A stretch of 64,000 nucleotides of DNA from Octopus vulgaris. Lineage: Eukaryota. A program made the position numbers and the translations under genes. The stretch covers positions 211,854,001 to 211,918,000 of the forward strand of contig OX597815.1 of the NCBI GenBank assembly GCA_951406725.2, written 5' to 3'. Below the pieces are notes generated by a model. The model saw only the letters and a program-made list of their open reading frames with translations. It had not been told where the DNA came from and searched no databases. Positions 27,562 to 41,000 of this stretch are shown piece after piece; positions within the stretch are counted from its first letter, which is position 1, and each line of letters starts with the position of its first letter.

Positions 27562-28272
27562 TCCTTTTTTTTTTTTTTTTAGGACATTGTGTATAAATTT
27601 TTTACTTGTGTGCACCCCTAAACTCTTAACTTCTCTTATATTGATAATAAACAATACTCTTCTATTACTTGAATGTTAATACAAACTTAATACCTCTATA
27701 CACCCCTCGTACATTATGCCAAGCTAGTTCCTTACCTCATATTTTTATTTATACTTAAACATACTTACAGATAAATCAAACCCTGTTTTCTCGTCTTCAT
27801 TCCCAGCTCATTCATCTCTCCTACATTGTTATTTATCCGTATTCCTGCATCCAATTATAAATCCCTGAGCGCTCTTTTTTCATCTTTATAGCCACAGCAA
27901 GTATTTACTATCTAATAGTAATATTAACAACTATTTTTCTGTTTTTGTGGGGGGGGGTTTTCTATCACTGAAGGAAAATACGCTCTGATGTAGAAGTTAG
28001 TTGCTTACTTGACATCAACATGGAAAGAAGAATACAGAAGAAAAATATCTATCTATCACTGATAAGAAGTCAACAAATCTATTATGTAAACTACACTTTC
28101 AGTTTTATACCATTTATTATCGGAACAACAGGGTATGAACCAAGCCGCCTGGAAGAAAGCATGCTTGAACACGGAATCTTGTAGAAAGAATGCAACTCCA
28201 TATATCATACGCAAGAGATGCTGAGAAACTCTGGGAAAATAAAAGCCTGCAAGATCTTTGAATTTAAGGAAT

Positions 28273-28619
28273 AGGCGCAGGTATGACTGTGTGGTAAAAC
28301 TTTTGCTTTCCAACTATATTTTTCCGGATTCAGTTCCACTGCATGGAACCTTGCGCAAATGTCTTCTATTATGGTATCGTTTCAACCAAAGCCTGAAAGA
28401 AGCCCGTCGTGTGTGTCTTGTGTCTATGTTTGTTCCCCACTACCGCTTCACAACCAGTGTTGGTATGTTTATGTCCTCGTATTTAGCGGTTCAGTAAAAA
28501 GCACGATAAAATATGTACCTGGTTTAAAAATAAATTAAAGATGGAGTGTCGATTCGTTCGACTAAAATTCTTCAGAGCGGTGCTGGAGCATGGCCTTAGT
28601 TTAATGACTGAAACAAGTA
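28273..28619 (+). mobile_element. tRNA-derived SINE, family B (diverged)
   Basis: Similar to 29143-29565, ending AATGACTGAAACAAGTAA. Confidence 0.7.
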
Positions 28620-29142
28620 ATGGTTAAAAGACAGGATCATCCCCCTGATAATGACTATCCGAATATTATTTCCCTTACAACCGAACTACAGCGAGTTTGG
28701 CCGACCAAAATAAACTCTAAAATTCCAATCAAAAACAGAACATACATAAATGCATTCTCTTCACGGTACAGGAGTATATATTTTACAGCGTCATCTCAAA
28801 CCAGTGTATTGACAATACACTGTCTTGGCATATTTCAGACTGGCTGATACGACGTCGTTTCAGAAGTGACACGAATACGAAACACATTCGATGTCGTTTA
28901 GAAAGTGATATGCCTACGTGACATTTACAAGCCACGTTACGGCGAAATGTGCATCTGTCGCTCTCGAGGGCGATTTCGTTTCGCTCTGCTCTGAAGCATT
29001 TTGCGCTTTTTAACATCCTACATCTATAAAGGAATTTTTTTTCTCAGACGAAGAACTGCAGCTTCTGACTTTTCAACGATGCACACATGTTAGGTATGTT
29101 ATATAGATGACGCTAATACTGTTTAGATTGTCTTCCCCACAA

Positions 29143-29565
29143 AGGAGTAGGAGTGGCTGTGTGGTAAGTAGCTTGCTTACGAACCACATGGTTCCAGGTT
29201 CAGTCCCACTGCGTGGCACCTTGAGCAAGTGTCTTCTACTATAGCCTCGGGTCGACCAAAGCCTTGTGAGTGGATTTAGTAGACTGAAACTGAAAGAAGC
29301 CCGTCGTATATATGTATATATGTCGTATATGTGTGTGTGTGTTTGTGTGTGTTTGTGTGTATTTGTTCCCCCCACCAACGTCGCTTGACAACCGATGCTG
29401 GTGTGTTTACGTCCCCGTAACTTAGCGATTCGGCAAAAGGGACCGACAGAATAAGTACTAGGCTTACAAAGAATAAGTCCTTGGGTCGATTTGCTCGACT
29501 AAAAGCGATGCTCCAGCGTGACCGCAGTCAAATGACTGAAACAAGTAAAAGAGAGTAAAAGAATA
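29143..29565 (+). mobile_element. Full-length tRNA-derived SINE, family B
   Basis: GTGGCTGTGTGGTAAG A-box, GGTTCAGTCCC B-box, internal (TA)/(TG) tract, AATGACTGAAACAAGTAAAAGAG tail; many partial copies in the window. Confidence 0.85.
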
Positions 29566-30017
29566 AATGATGTAGTTCAGCAAGGAAAATATCTCGCTAA
29601 ACATTTGCTATCAAACGTTTTCTTTCGATAAGATAAAACAAAAAAATTGATGGAGAAAGAGAAGAGTTAAAAGCAAAAGATAAAATCTTTTCCAAAAACG
29701 TTCAGTAAATTGTGGCAATCATGTAAATCGATAAGAGAAAACTAGATTAAATTTTCGAATCTTTCTAATTAATTAATACCGGGGGAAATGCTTGTATAAT
29801 TGCAACTGATGGATTTATTTGCCTTTCGTAATATCGTCTTGTTTTTTTTTATCTTCGTATTGTTTTTCATCTTCAAGGTTCTTTTCTCCTGCTCCTTATT
29901 CTGATCTCATCCACCGCCCCTGCATGCTTTACGTTCTCAATGTCGATGTAATTATTGTCCACCAGTATAATAAATTTACACACACACACACACACGCACC
30001 TATATATATATATATAT

Positions 30018-30240
30018 GGCGGCGAGCTGGCAGAATCGTTAGCACGCCGGGCGAAATGCGTAGCCGTATTTCGTCTGCTGTTACGTTCTGAGTTCAAATT
30101 CCGCCAAGGTCGACTTTGCCTTTCATCCTTTCGGGGTCGATAAATTAAGTACCAGTAACGCACTGGGGTCGATATAATCGACTTTGTCTGTCCTTGTTTG
30201 TCCTCCCTGTGTTTAGCCCCTTGTGGGTAGTAAAGAAATA
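30018..30240 (+). mobile_element. Full-length tRNA-derived SINE, family A
   Basis: GGCGGCGAGCTGGCAGAATCGTTAGCA head, GAGTTCAAATTCC B-box, conserved core. Confidence 0.85.
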
Positions 30241-30473
30241 TATATATATATATATATATATAATATAAATTAGAGATAAAACCACTATTATGCAACTCAA
30301 ACAGTGATAGACATAAACCAAAACCTAAATAACAAATAATATATATTTTTATAAAACATATAAATTATAACTAGATCTCAAAAAGTATAAAAAGGAATAA
30401 TCAATATATGATAAGTATATATATATATATTCACATATAAATACAAATACATACACACGCACACACATATCAT

Positions 30474-30538
<65 letters not shown>

Positions 30539-30540
30539 CT

Positions 30541-30551
30541 GATAATGATGA

Positions 30552-30585
<34 letters not shown>

Positions 30586-30593
30586 GTTGATGA

Positions 30594-30627
<34 letters not shown>

Positions 30628-30676
30628 GGTGGTGATGATGGTGATGATGGTGATGGTGGTGATGATGATGATGATG
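30541..30676. repeat. (GAT)n/(GGT)n microsatellite
   Basis: Directly visible; gives the poly-His ORF 30470..30694(-). Confidence 0.95.
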
Positions 30677-30855
30677 AAATGGGTTTGGGTTCATTTGAAG
30701 TGAAGTTCGTTTGTTTATTTATCTGTTTCTTAAACGAAGGTTGAGTTTGTTTTACGCTCTCTTCTTATTGTCAGAATAACCTTGACTCGGGGAGTTCAGT
30801 GCTTTTCCTTTTTTTTTAAAAAAAAAGACGATATTGTATAAAATTTTAAGTGCTT

Positions 30856-30889
<34 letters not shown>

Positions 30890-31019
30890 ACGTGCGTGCG
30901 TGAATGCGTGCATACATGTGGGTGTATGTGTGTGTGTGAATTAATGGAGATGTTTTCATTTGAAAGTTGCTGTGAGAAACATTTTCGTTGACAACTCTAT
31001 TCACCACAAAAGACCAGCC

Positions 31020-31066
<47 letters not shown>

Positions 31067-31708
31067 ATATATATTTATATATATATGTATGTATGTATAT
31101 GTATATATATATGTATGTATATCTATGAACATGTCTTCTCAAGGAGAAAAGTTGTTCGTTATAAAAGCGAAATTATAGGAAATGTGAGCAGATTAAATAA
31201 ATATAATTACAGTGAAACTAAAAAGCAACGAGCATCCTCTGTTTTGTCACTTGAATTAGAAACAGCTGTTAAATAAACCAAATCCTAGTGTCTGATAAAA
31301 GGTGAGGAAAAATTAGGTATGTTTCGAATTATAGAAGAATTAAGAAGGTGAGATGATCATCAGTGGGATGCTTTTGATGATAGCTTGTATAGAATTATAA
31401 ACCGTGTGCATGAAAATGAAAGTGCGGGATAGCATCTAACATTGAGTTTATTTCCATTGTCTGTGAGAAATTATAGCAACCATCATAAATATGATATGAG
31501 CACAAATGGTATGAGTCTTCAGTTTCGCCATCAAGAAAATAAAACAAAAACCAGTTCAAACAGAAATGATGGGAGTCACAAATAAATTCAAGATATGAGT
31601 GAATACAGACGAGATGAAGATGAACAATGCCTCTTACGAGATACGTAATGCTTTTGGGGACTGGCACTGACTCACTCACACACACACACATATATATATA
31701 CATACATA

Positions 31709-32231
31709 CCGTAAATCCTCGAGTATAATCTGCACTTTTTTCCCAAAATTTAAAGGTCAAAATCCCTAGTGCGTACTATATACGAGGTTAAAAATGAAAA
31801 AATATTTTCTAAGCAATGTCCAAATCTCTATTTGCTGTTCGGCAATGTTTATTCAGACGCATTTTGTGATGTCGAGTTCGAAAATACCTTAAGCTAAGCC
31901 TGAAAGCAATGAAGTCATAAAAGAATCATCCATAACTTGCAGTAAGCAACATTTATTAAAATAAAAGTATTCAGAACACAGAATAACATGTAACAAAAAC
32001 AATTTGCAAACATATTTACATTCCCATATAACAGTTAAGAACATCACCATTATTGTATTACGCATGCGCGGAAGTGTTTGTTCGACTTGGTGCTGCTGGC
32101 TTAATTACGCACGACTCAAGTTAGAGAAGGGGTGCGTATTACACACAAGGTTTAGGTTTTTCAAAAGTACAGCCCCCTAAAAATCCCCTGCGTATTATAC
32201 TCAAGGGCGGACTATACTCGAGGATTTACGG
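31709..32231. mobile_element. pogo/Tigger-like MITE
   Basis: TA|CCGTAAATCCTCGAGTATA ... TATACTCGAGGATTTACGG|TA. Confidence 0.85.
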
Positions 32232-33704
32232 TATGTGTGTGTGTTCATACACATACATGCATACACACATATATATATATATAGACACGTGTGCATGTGT
32301 CTGTGTGTACTATACAATGCCATTCAGAAAAAAAGACTGTCCAGTAATAGATATAGAGAAACCCCTGTTAATGAATGCGTACACAAACATCAACACAAGG
32401 AATACTGGTGAAACATTCACTTCAAAACATCTGTCAAGTGTAAACATAACATGCAGGATATTGTTGTTTGGGACAGACATGAAAAAGTACGGACCGTCAT
32501 AGAGACCAGCTGTTTTACTGATGTGAATACCTGTTTGGAAATCAGAGAAAGAGAATAACTATGGACAATTGCTTCGAAACCTGTAGCTTCTAGAACCAGA
32601 TTATAGATTCACATTTATACCAATAAGTTATGCTCTTAGTATTGTAAGTAAATGTCTAAGTGACAATCTGAATAAGCAAGGGTTTTCAAAAATGTCAACC
32701 AACCTGCACGTTACAAATACAATCTGTAAATGGAATAGAAAATATATGCAATATTTTTCTCTTGTTTAAAATGTGATAGTTTTCGTTATCTACTTTCAAG
32801 CGATGGGACTTTGTATCATTGTTAGAATCTAGCTCCTTCTTCATACGCAAAATTTAGATAATTAAAAAAAGAAAACGTGTGTGTTTGTGTGATATTGTTG
32901 TCTGATTTAAAATAAATTAAAATTGAGTTTTAATTTTTTAATTTTTAAACTTAAAAAGAGGAGACGTTGAATAAGTTATGTTTTAAGTATAAAAAGCAGT
33001 GCACCGATTCACCCCTCATACACGCGCACACACACACGGGGCGCGCGCGCGCATAGACACTCAGAATTAGAGGATGAAGTTTTAAAACATCAGGTTTAAA
33101 CATTTAAGTGCCGTATTGTGGATTAGCGTTAATGAAAATTATTTTCAAAGGCGAAAACAGGAAGAATTCCTGAAACTGCAACTGAACAAATTTCAAATGG
33201 AGATATCCAGATAAGAAAGTTTGACTACTGGCATCTGTTGTGATATCTTCGGACACTTTTCTTCGGTATTAGATTTACACAGTGAAGCATAGCCTTATCA
33301 CAACTACTAAGAATAACTAACAAATACATTTTACTTTAAAATAATTCACTGATTAAATAAATTCAGATACAGCCAATGGATAATTTCCCACCACAGAGCA
33401 ATATATTCTTGAATTAAAAGAAAAGTATATAATTTTTTTCTTTTTTAATCAGAGATGTCGGAATTGAACCTGTGATCGTCAGATGTGTTATCAATTATGC
33501 CAGTCGGCTTCACATGAATTATTGGGACATTAAATTAATATAAAGTTTGTCTACTTTCCACCACTGCTTTGAGAAACTATTAGCATACAAGTATGTATAT
33601 GTACACACACACATAGGCAAATATCAGTGAATTATATCGTTACGTTTCTTAGAGCAACGCAGCGAAGAGTATTTCTAAATCAATTTTTAAAAAATATATA
33701 TATA

Positions 33705-33777
33705 CGAGCTTGCCAGGAGTCGAACCTAGAATCTTCTGATCCGTAGTCAGACGCGTTATCCATTGCGCCACAAGCCC
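33705..33777 (-). tRNA. trnR-ACG: tRNA-Arg(ACG), divergent T-arm isodecoder (CTAGG-TTCGACT-CCTGG)
   Basis: Full cloverleaf, A/B boxes intact, T6 terminator (A-run 33689-33694). Confidence 0.92.
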
Positions 33778-34078
33778 CGTGCCCGAATACGAGGTTCTAC
33801 TTTTCCAATAATTTCTTTAAGTAATCTAAAGCTAGCTTTAATTGTATACACTTAACTCCAGCGACACGTGCGGAGCGCCGTCTTCTTTAGTCTGTTCACT
33901 CATTTGTATGCCCCAAAACACACACACACACACAAACAATTATGAGCAATTTATGCGTGAAATTATTAATAAATAGTGTTTATCGGCGCAGGAATTGCAA
34001 ACCACACGATTCTGGGTTCGGTCCCACTGCGTAAAACCTATGGCAAGAAATTCTTTGACTGATACAAACCTTTTTAGT

Positions 34079-34117
<39 letters not shown>

Positions 34118-34129
34118 TATACATACATA

Positions 34130-34213
<84 letters not shown>

Positions 34214-34942
34214 ACGCGCGCACATCTTTGTATCTTTGTCACCACTACCAATTGACAACCGATGTTAGTGTATGTAAGTCCCTGTAACCTAGCTGTTCAG
34301 CACAATATATCGATAGAATAAGTTCCCGGCTTAAAAAAAATAAAAGTACTGAGGCCGATTCATTCAACTAAATATTTTTCATGGTGGTGCCCCAACATGA
34401 GCGCAGTCTAATGACTGAAACGAGTAAAAGATAAACTAGTGCAAGTCTCTGAAAGTAATTTTTGTAGATGAAAAAAAAATGTATCCGAACATGCTATGTG
34501 TTGAACCTGGAACATTCTGATTCCATGTCAGTCACAGGTTCACAAGTCACCGTACGTGTGTTCCTTTATACTTAATCAGTTTCTTATCCCAGACGATAAT
34601 AGTACGGTCCGTGCGCAGAACGCGTCACACGCATACAAAACATGTTCAATTATACGCAAACATGTATAATTATACAAATATGTATAATGATTTACGGAAA
34701 TACGTATAATTAGGCATAAATTTCTGAAATACATCAACGAAAATATTTATTAGCATCACTTTCCCAGATGTTTCTGAAATATAATTTCTTCGAACTTGCC
34801 AGGATTCGTCCCTGGGATCTGCAGATCATGAGACTTGCCCTCACAGGAATTATTAGTGCTTCGTATCTGGAAATGTCTGAACTAACATAAGACATATCTA
34901 ATTTCCTTTTGGCAAACATCTAGTCGATATACATATACATAT

Positions 34943-34995
<53 letters not shown>

Positions 34996-35459
34996 AATAA
35001 TCAGAGAGGGAGATATTATCCATCTAAATATAAAATATAGGCATAATTTTTCAAATATACCAACAAGTGTTTCTTAGAACAACACGCTAAAAGGTATCTG
35101 AATTTTAAAGAAAAGTAAAGACTTATATTAGAGTTTAGCTCGATTCGAAACTGCAACTCTCCGCTCCATATTATAGACTCTAACATTAGCCCTTGCAACA
35201 CGAATATACTGCTACTTTTCCGATAATTTCATTAAGTAATGTGAAGCTGGCTTAAAGTGTCTTAAAAATATATGCAACTCCAACGACAAGTGCTGTGCGC
35301 CGCTTTCTTTAAGCTGTTTACTCATTAGCATGTACATACACACATACGCTCACATACACATGAGCAAAAAAAATAGTCATGTTCATGTATAACTTAGGCG
35401 TGAATTTTAATAGTGAAACATGGGCAGTAATAAAGAGATTATCAAACAGGCCAGATGGT

Positions 35460-35890
35460 AGATCGTTTCGGTTTGAACGGCAGTTTTTAACATAATTTCT
35501 AGATAACTAAAAAATTTTTAACTTCGTATACTGGTAGAATGTGTTTATAAAACATCTTTTTCTCTTGGCTTTATTGAGAAAATTCTATAGTTTGTAAGAT
35601 ATTTGTTGTTTTTTTTCTTCAATTTCTGCAATTTCAACCAATCACTGACGTCTATTGAGTTAAAAACATTCTGTGCCGTATGAATATGTCCCTCATTTAA
35701 GAAACAGATTGGTTTTATTTACATTTGTGAAGAAAAAAAGATACCCTTCCCCCACCCCTAACCCTAACCATAACCAACCCTAACCCTAAAACAGACTGAA
35801 ATGCAATAGATCGATACTAGGGTTGTAATTATGGGTGACAATTTCATATGACACCGCTAGAAAAAACTGCCGTTCAAACCGAAAATATAC
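35460..35890. mobile_element. MITE with ~29-bp TIR (GGATCTTTTCGGTTTGAACGGCAGTTTTT type), internal (CCCTAA)n, 8-bp TSD
   Basis: TSD CAGATGGT at 35452-35459 and 35891-35898; paralogues at 54221-54658 and 41413-42222. Confidence 0.85.
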
Positions 35891-36275
35891 CAGATGGTTG
35901 CTATGCAATAATGCTACGAATGGACTTAAATATGAAATGGCAGCAAACGACTGCCTTTCTGGAGACCTGCCGAAAGTTAGCGAGAAGATCAGGTAAATAT
36001 GACTGCGACTAGCTGGTCACTGCGTGCGCTACCATCAGCTGGAGGAATCCAAATGAATTTTGTGGAACCCACTTTATGTTCATGTAAAAAAAGGAAAACG
36101 TCTTCGAGAACTTCATTGCACATATTGGCCTGGAATCATGAAGTGTGACGCACAAAACAGATACGTACAAAAACAAAAAAAGTTAGCGTATTAATATTAT
36201 TGATATGCTGTAATTTTTGAAACGAATGATGTAAAATGTATACCAACACTACATTCCCGAGATATAAAATGATTA

Positions 36276-36348
36276 CGAACTTGCCAGGATTCGAAACTGG
36301 AATCTTCTGATCCGTAGTCAGACGCGTTATCCATTGCGCCACAAGCCC
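36276..36348 (-). pseudogene. trnR-ACG: tRNA-Arg(ACG) variant with C70U and G53U; probably impaired
   Basis: 73 nt; B-box reads GTTTCGA; acceptor 3' strand CAAGTTC. Confidence 0.7.
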
Positions 36349-36919
36349 TCGACGGGGTGGGGGCTAACCTTCGCTACATACGTACTAATTTCTTTACTGA
36401 CTAACTGTTGCTGTTGACATACAAAGACATACAAATGGCTGCGCACATGATTATTTGAATTTCTGAAATACACCAATAAGGAATTTTCAGCGCCATTTCC
36501 CCGGATGTTTCTGAAACAAAATGCGTCCGAATTTACCCGGTTTCAAACCGAAGATCTCCTGACCCGTAAGCAAACGCGTAAGCCATTGCACCACAGGGCC
36601 TCGCGTAGTCCGTAGCAGATGTTTGTGCAGTAATTTCTTAACTAATTTTCATTGACTGTCAAAGACAGACACACACACACACACGTATGCATGTACATAC
36701 GTATAAATCATGAACATTTTTGCTTTTATTCTTTAACTTGTTTCAGTCATTAAAGTACCGCATTTAGTCAAACAAATCGACCACAGGAGTTATTCTTTGT
36801 AAGCCTAGTACTTATTCTATTGTTGTCTAAGGCGAACGCTAAGTTACGGGTACGTAAACACACCAAGCAACGGTGGGAGGACAAACACAGACATGCAAAT
36901 ACATATATATATATATATA

Positions 36920-37302
36920 CTAGCAGTATCGCCGGCGTTGCTCGGGTTTGTAAGGGAAATAACTATAAAGCATTTTTAGAGAGTTATAGCCAAAAAATAG
37001 CAAAAAAATGGGGGAAAAAATGATGGTAAATTTTTTTTGATAGTTAAAAAGGTCGAGTTGCGTCCCCTAGACCATCTGTGGTTTGTGTTTCTGATTGTCG
37101 ACCCCATGTCGAATTTATCGATCTTTTTCAGAACTGGGGGAACTTTTCAAAATTTTCGCTGCGTTAGTTTTGAATTATGACATTGGGCTATGTGTGTGTC
37201 AAGTTTCATCAGAATCGGTTGAAAGCCGTGGTCAGGGTGAGGGTACAAGCAAACAGACACACAGAAAACGCACAGACAAACTGCCGTTTATATAGAGAGA
37301 GA
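36920..37302 (-). mobile_element. Non-autonomous Helitron (related 3' end, different body)
   Basis: CTAGCAGTATCGCCGGCGTTGCTCGGGTTTGTAAGGG shared with 1481 and 21595. Confidence 0.7.
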
Positions 37303-37642
37303 TATATAAAGTGGATTTTCGATCTTCTAATCAGTATTATTTATATATATAAGCAAGACATTCAAACACTGAGATCTGAAATCAGATGCCACTACTACAA
37401 CGGGCTTCTTTCAGTTTTCGTCAACCACTCTTACTTCCCAAATGTTTCCGAAATAAAATGATATGAATATGAGCTTGCTAGGAATTCGAACCCAGAATAT
37501 TCTAATCCGTAGTCAGCTGCATTAGCCATTGCGCCACAAGCCTTGAAGTGAACAAACCTACCAACTTATCTACTAATTTCTTTACTAAATCCTGTTGCGC
37601 AGAGGCAAAGGTACAAAAGCCTTTACGTGCACATTTACATGT

Positions 37643-37677
<35 letters not shown>

Positions 37678-37932
37678 AATGATTATATAAATTTCTGAAA
37701 TACACCAACAAAAAAATTAGCACCACTTTCTCCAATGTTTCTGAAATAAAATGCACGCGATTTCTCCAGGATTCGAACCTGGAATCTTCTGACCCATAAT
37801 CCATTGCTTTACACGACATCGCATAGCCAATAATCGATGTTTTTTTACAGTAATTGATTTTACTAACTTTCCTTTGACTGACAAATACATGGGCGCGCGC
37901 ATGAACACGCATAAACACGCACGAATATACAT

Positions 37933-38503
37933 GCACATGGCGGAGTTGTAAACAGACCCTTCCTCCTTTAGAAAAAATCTTTTTACGGAATCCCACGTTT
38001 TCCGCCATGGATCTTGAAAAAAATTTTTCAAAAATTGCAACTTCAAAATTTCCCTCCCCACTCTCTCCATTTCTTCATTTTTTTCACATTTTCAGGAATT
38101 TTTTTTTTTTTTTTTTTTTCGCAAAATAGGTACAAAAATACGGATATTATGATTCTGAAAACAAATAGTTTGTAAAATTTCAATTTTTCAAAAAAAAAAC
38201 AAAAAAGATTACCTCAAACCCTCCCTTCCTGGTTATACGGCCTTGGCCTCCAAGCACATGCTAGAAATAACAGCCGAATCTCACAAAACTGCGATAACAT
38301 AACGAAAGAAATATGGAATCAATCTACTCACCTTTCTGCAAAGATTTCTTTCAGAGGTAATTTCCCGTACGATAAAGTGAAATTAAAGTGTTCGTTTTTG
38401 TTTGTTTTGTTTTTACAACTGAAACCTCCGCCATGTGCGCCGGTGGAATTTAGTGGGGATAAGCTTCGGCAATGTGTTTGTGAAATGTATAGAAATGCTG
38501 TAA

Positions 38504-38536
<33 letters not shown>

Positions 38537-38793
38537 TGAAAGTTTACAATTTTTGTCAGGATCATAATCTCCTTTTTTTTTTCTATGTATTTAGCAAAAA
38601 AAGTTTCCGAATAAAGTGAAAAATGAAGATGGAGGGGTGGTTTAAATATTTTAAAGTTGCAATTTTTTTGAATTTTTTTTTTTTTTTTTTTTCAGAATTG
38701 AAATCTCCAAAGCCGAAAACGTGGGATTCCGTGAAAAAGCAAACTTTTATAAGGATTGCGGTGGGGTGCCTTTACGACTCGGCCATGTGCCCC
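37933..38793. mobile_element. Long-TIR foldback DNA element inserted in the tRNA cluster
   Basis: About 250-bp imperfect inverted arms (GCACATGGCGGAGTTGTAAA..ACGGAATCCCACGTTTTC / GAAAACGTGGGATTCCGT..TTTACGACTCGGCCATGTGC); absent from the paralogous flank near 41100. Confidence 0.7.
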
Positions 38794-38874
38794 TAATCAT
38801 GAATGTATGCTTTAATTTCTAAAATGCATCGTCTAAAATATTCATTAGCACTACTGACCGAAATAAAATGAAAG

Positions 38875-38947
38875 CGAGATTGCCAACATTCGAACATGCA
38901 ATCTTCTGACCCGTAATCAGACGTGTAATCCATTGCGTCATAAGCCC
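38875..38947 (-). pseudogene. Decayed tRNA-Arg(ACG) pseudogene
   Basis: Full length but about 12 substitutions disrupting stems. Confidence 0.75.
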
Positions 38948-39152
38948 TCACGCTCTTTAACCTTTACTGCTTGCGCGCTGATCTCTTTACTGACCTCTAT
39001 TCACTGTCAAAGAGACAGATAAGTGTGCATGCTGACACACACATAACATGCATACGTATAATCATGAATATGTGCTTTAATTTTTAAAATGTATTGTGTA
39101 AAATGTTTATTAGCACGACTTTCTCCCAAATGATACCGAAATAAAATGAATA

Positions 39153-39225
39153 CGAGCTTGCCAGGATTCGAACCTGGAATCTTCTGATCCGTAGTCAGAC
39201 GCGTTATCCATTGCGCCACAAGCCC
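39153..39225 (-). tRNA. trnR-ACG: tRNA-Arg(ACG), consensus
   Basis: Exact consensus 73-mer, T4 downstream. Confidence 0.95.
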
Positions 39226-40391
39226 CCGACGGATGACGTTGGCTACATATATTCTAATTTCTTTACTATCTCCTGTTGTTAATATACAAAGACCCAAGCA
39301 CGCTCGCACGCACACAAAAAGCAAGCCCTTAGGCGAAACCGTAATAACAGCAACAGTATTCCAGGGAATGAACAGTAGGCACGCAGCCGCAAACAAAATC
39401 CCATCTTTTCAAACAAAATACCTTCGCAACAGAAAAAAAAACGTCTATCTAGATCCGTATAATGTGAACGATTGCGCGTTGTACGTGGCGTCATAGGACC
39501 TCAGTTAGTAAGTGGATGTGACTGCCAAAGATTATACATATGCCCGAATATACTTGCATACGGACAATCATCAATATATGTTTTAATTTCTGAAATGTAT
39601 CATCTAAAATATTTATTCGCTCTCCTTTGCCCTAAATATTTCCGTTATACAGTGAATACAAGCTTTCGAACCTGGAAACTTTTAATGCGTAGTCAGACGC
39701 GTTATCCATTGTGCCACAAGCCCTCAGTGTTAAGGTGTCTACTCCGTATATTCTAACTTCTTTACTAATTCTTGTTGTTGACATACAAAGATACAGACAC
39801 CCTGGTATGCTAGCAAGCACGTGCACTCACGCACACATGCGTACGCACATGCACACACACTGATGATTATATAATTTTATATAATGCACCAATAAAAATA
39901 TTATTAGCACTATTTTCCCCGATGTTCCTGAAGTAAAACGCGTCCGAATTTGCCAGAGTTCGACACTGGAATTTTGTGATCGGTTATTAGACGCGTTATC
40001 CATTGCGCCTCGCGTAGTCAGAAGTTGACGGTTATGAAGAATTTTTTTCACTTTCATTGACTGTCAAAGACAGGCACACGCGCGTGCAAGCTTGCACGAA
40101 TATACAGGCATACGTATAATCATGACTATATGCTTTCATTTCTGAAATGCATCGTCTGAAATAATCATTAGTACAACGTAACCAAATGTTTCTAAGACAA
40201 AAAAAATGAACCTGAGCTTGTCAGGATTCGAACCAGGAATCTTCTGACCCGTATGAAAACGTGTAATGCTTTGCGATATCAGCAGTTACTTACAAACATA
40301 TACGTGCATCCGTATGATCGTTAGATGTATAAATTTCAGATATACATAATATAAAATATTCACTAGCCCAACTTCCGAGATAAAACATTTG

Positions 40392-40464
40392 CGAGCTTGC
40401 CAGGATGCGAACCTTGAATCTTCTGATCCGTAGTCAGACGCGTTATCCATTGCGCCACAAGCCC
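40392..40464 (-). pseudogene. trnR-ACG: tRNA-Arg(ACG) with A58C and C50A; likely pseudogene
   Basis: B-box GGTTCGCATCC; T-stem mismatch. Confidence 0.7.
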
Positions 40465-40737
40465 CACAATTGCTAGCCGTTCGTACTTAACTCGTAATCT
40501 CTTTACTAACTCCTGTTGCGACCAAAGATACAGTCATTCCTGCGGGCGCACATAAACTCCCATACACACTCGCACACACTCATGATTATATAAATTTCTC
40601 AAGTACACTAACGAAAATTTTATTAGCACTACTTTCTTCCATGTTTCTGAAATAAAATGCACACGATTTTGCTAGGGTTCGAATCTGGAATTTCTGATCC
40701 CTAATCCATTGCCCCGCACGACCTCGCATAGTCAGTA

Positions 40738-41000
40738 AAAATTTAAAAATAAATGCGCCCTTATAAAGCCTAGCCAGGCTCATGGGCCCGGTTTCCCGGT
40801 TTCTATGGCGTATGTGTTCCCTGCTGGACGAGACGCCAGTCCACCGCAGCGTTACTCCTTTTTGCCGGCTGAGTAAACTGGAGCAACGTGAAATGAAGTG
40901 TTTTGCTCAAGAACACGATACGTTGCCCGGTCCAGGAATCGAAACCACAATCTTACGATCATGGTGCTGACACCCTAACCACTAAGCCACGTGCCTCCAC
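40738..41000 (-). mobile_element. tRNA-derived SINE (family C head) with 13-bp TSD
   Basis: CGCATAGTCAGTA at 40725-40737 and 41001-41013. Confidence 0.85.

Noticed and set aside
30470-30694. Poly-histidine ORF as a metal-binding peptide
   Set aside because: Just a (GAT/GGT)n microsatellite beside (TA)n; no exon context.
31315-31367. Further hammerhead candidate (minus CTGATGA...GAAACATA); also ~11348-11380 and ~22615-22650
   Set aside because: Helix I/II pairing or core nucleotides too poor to support by eye.
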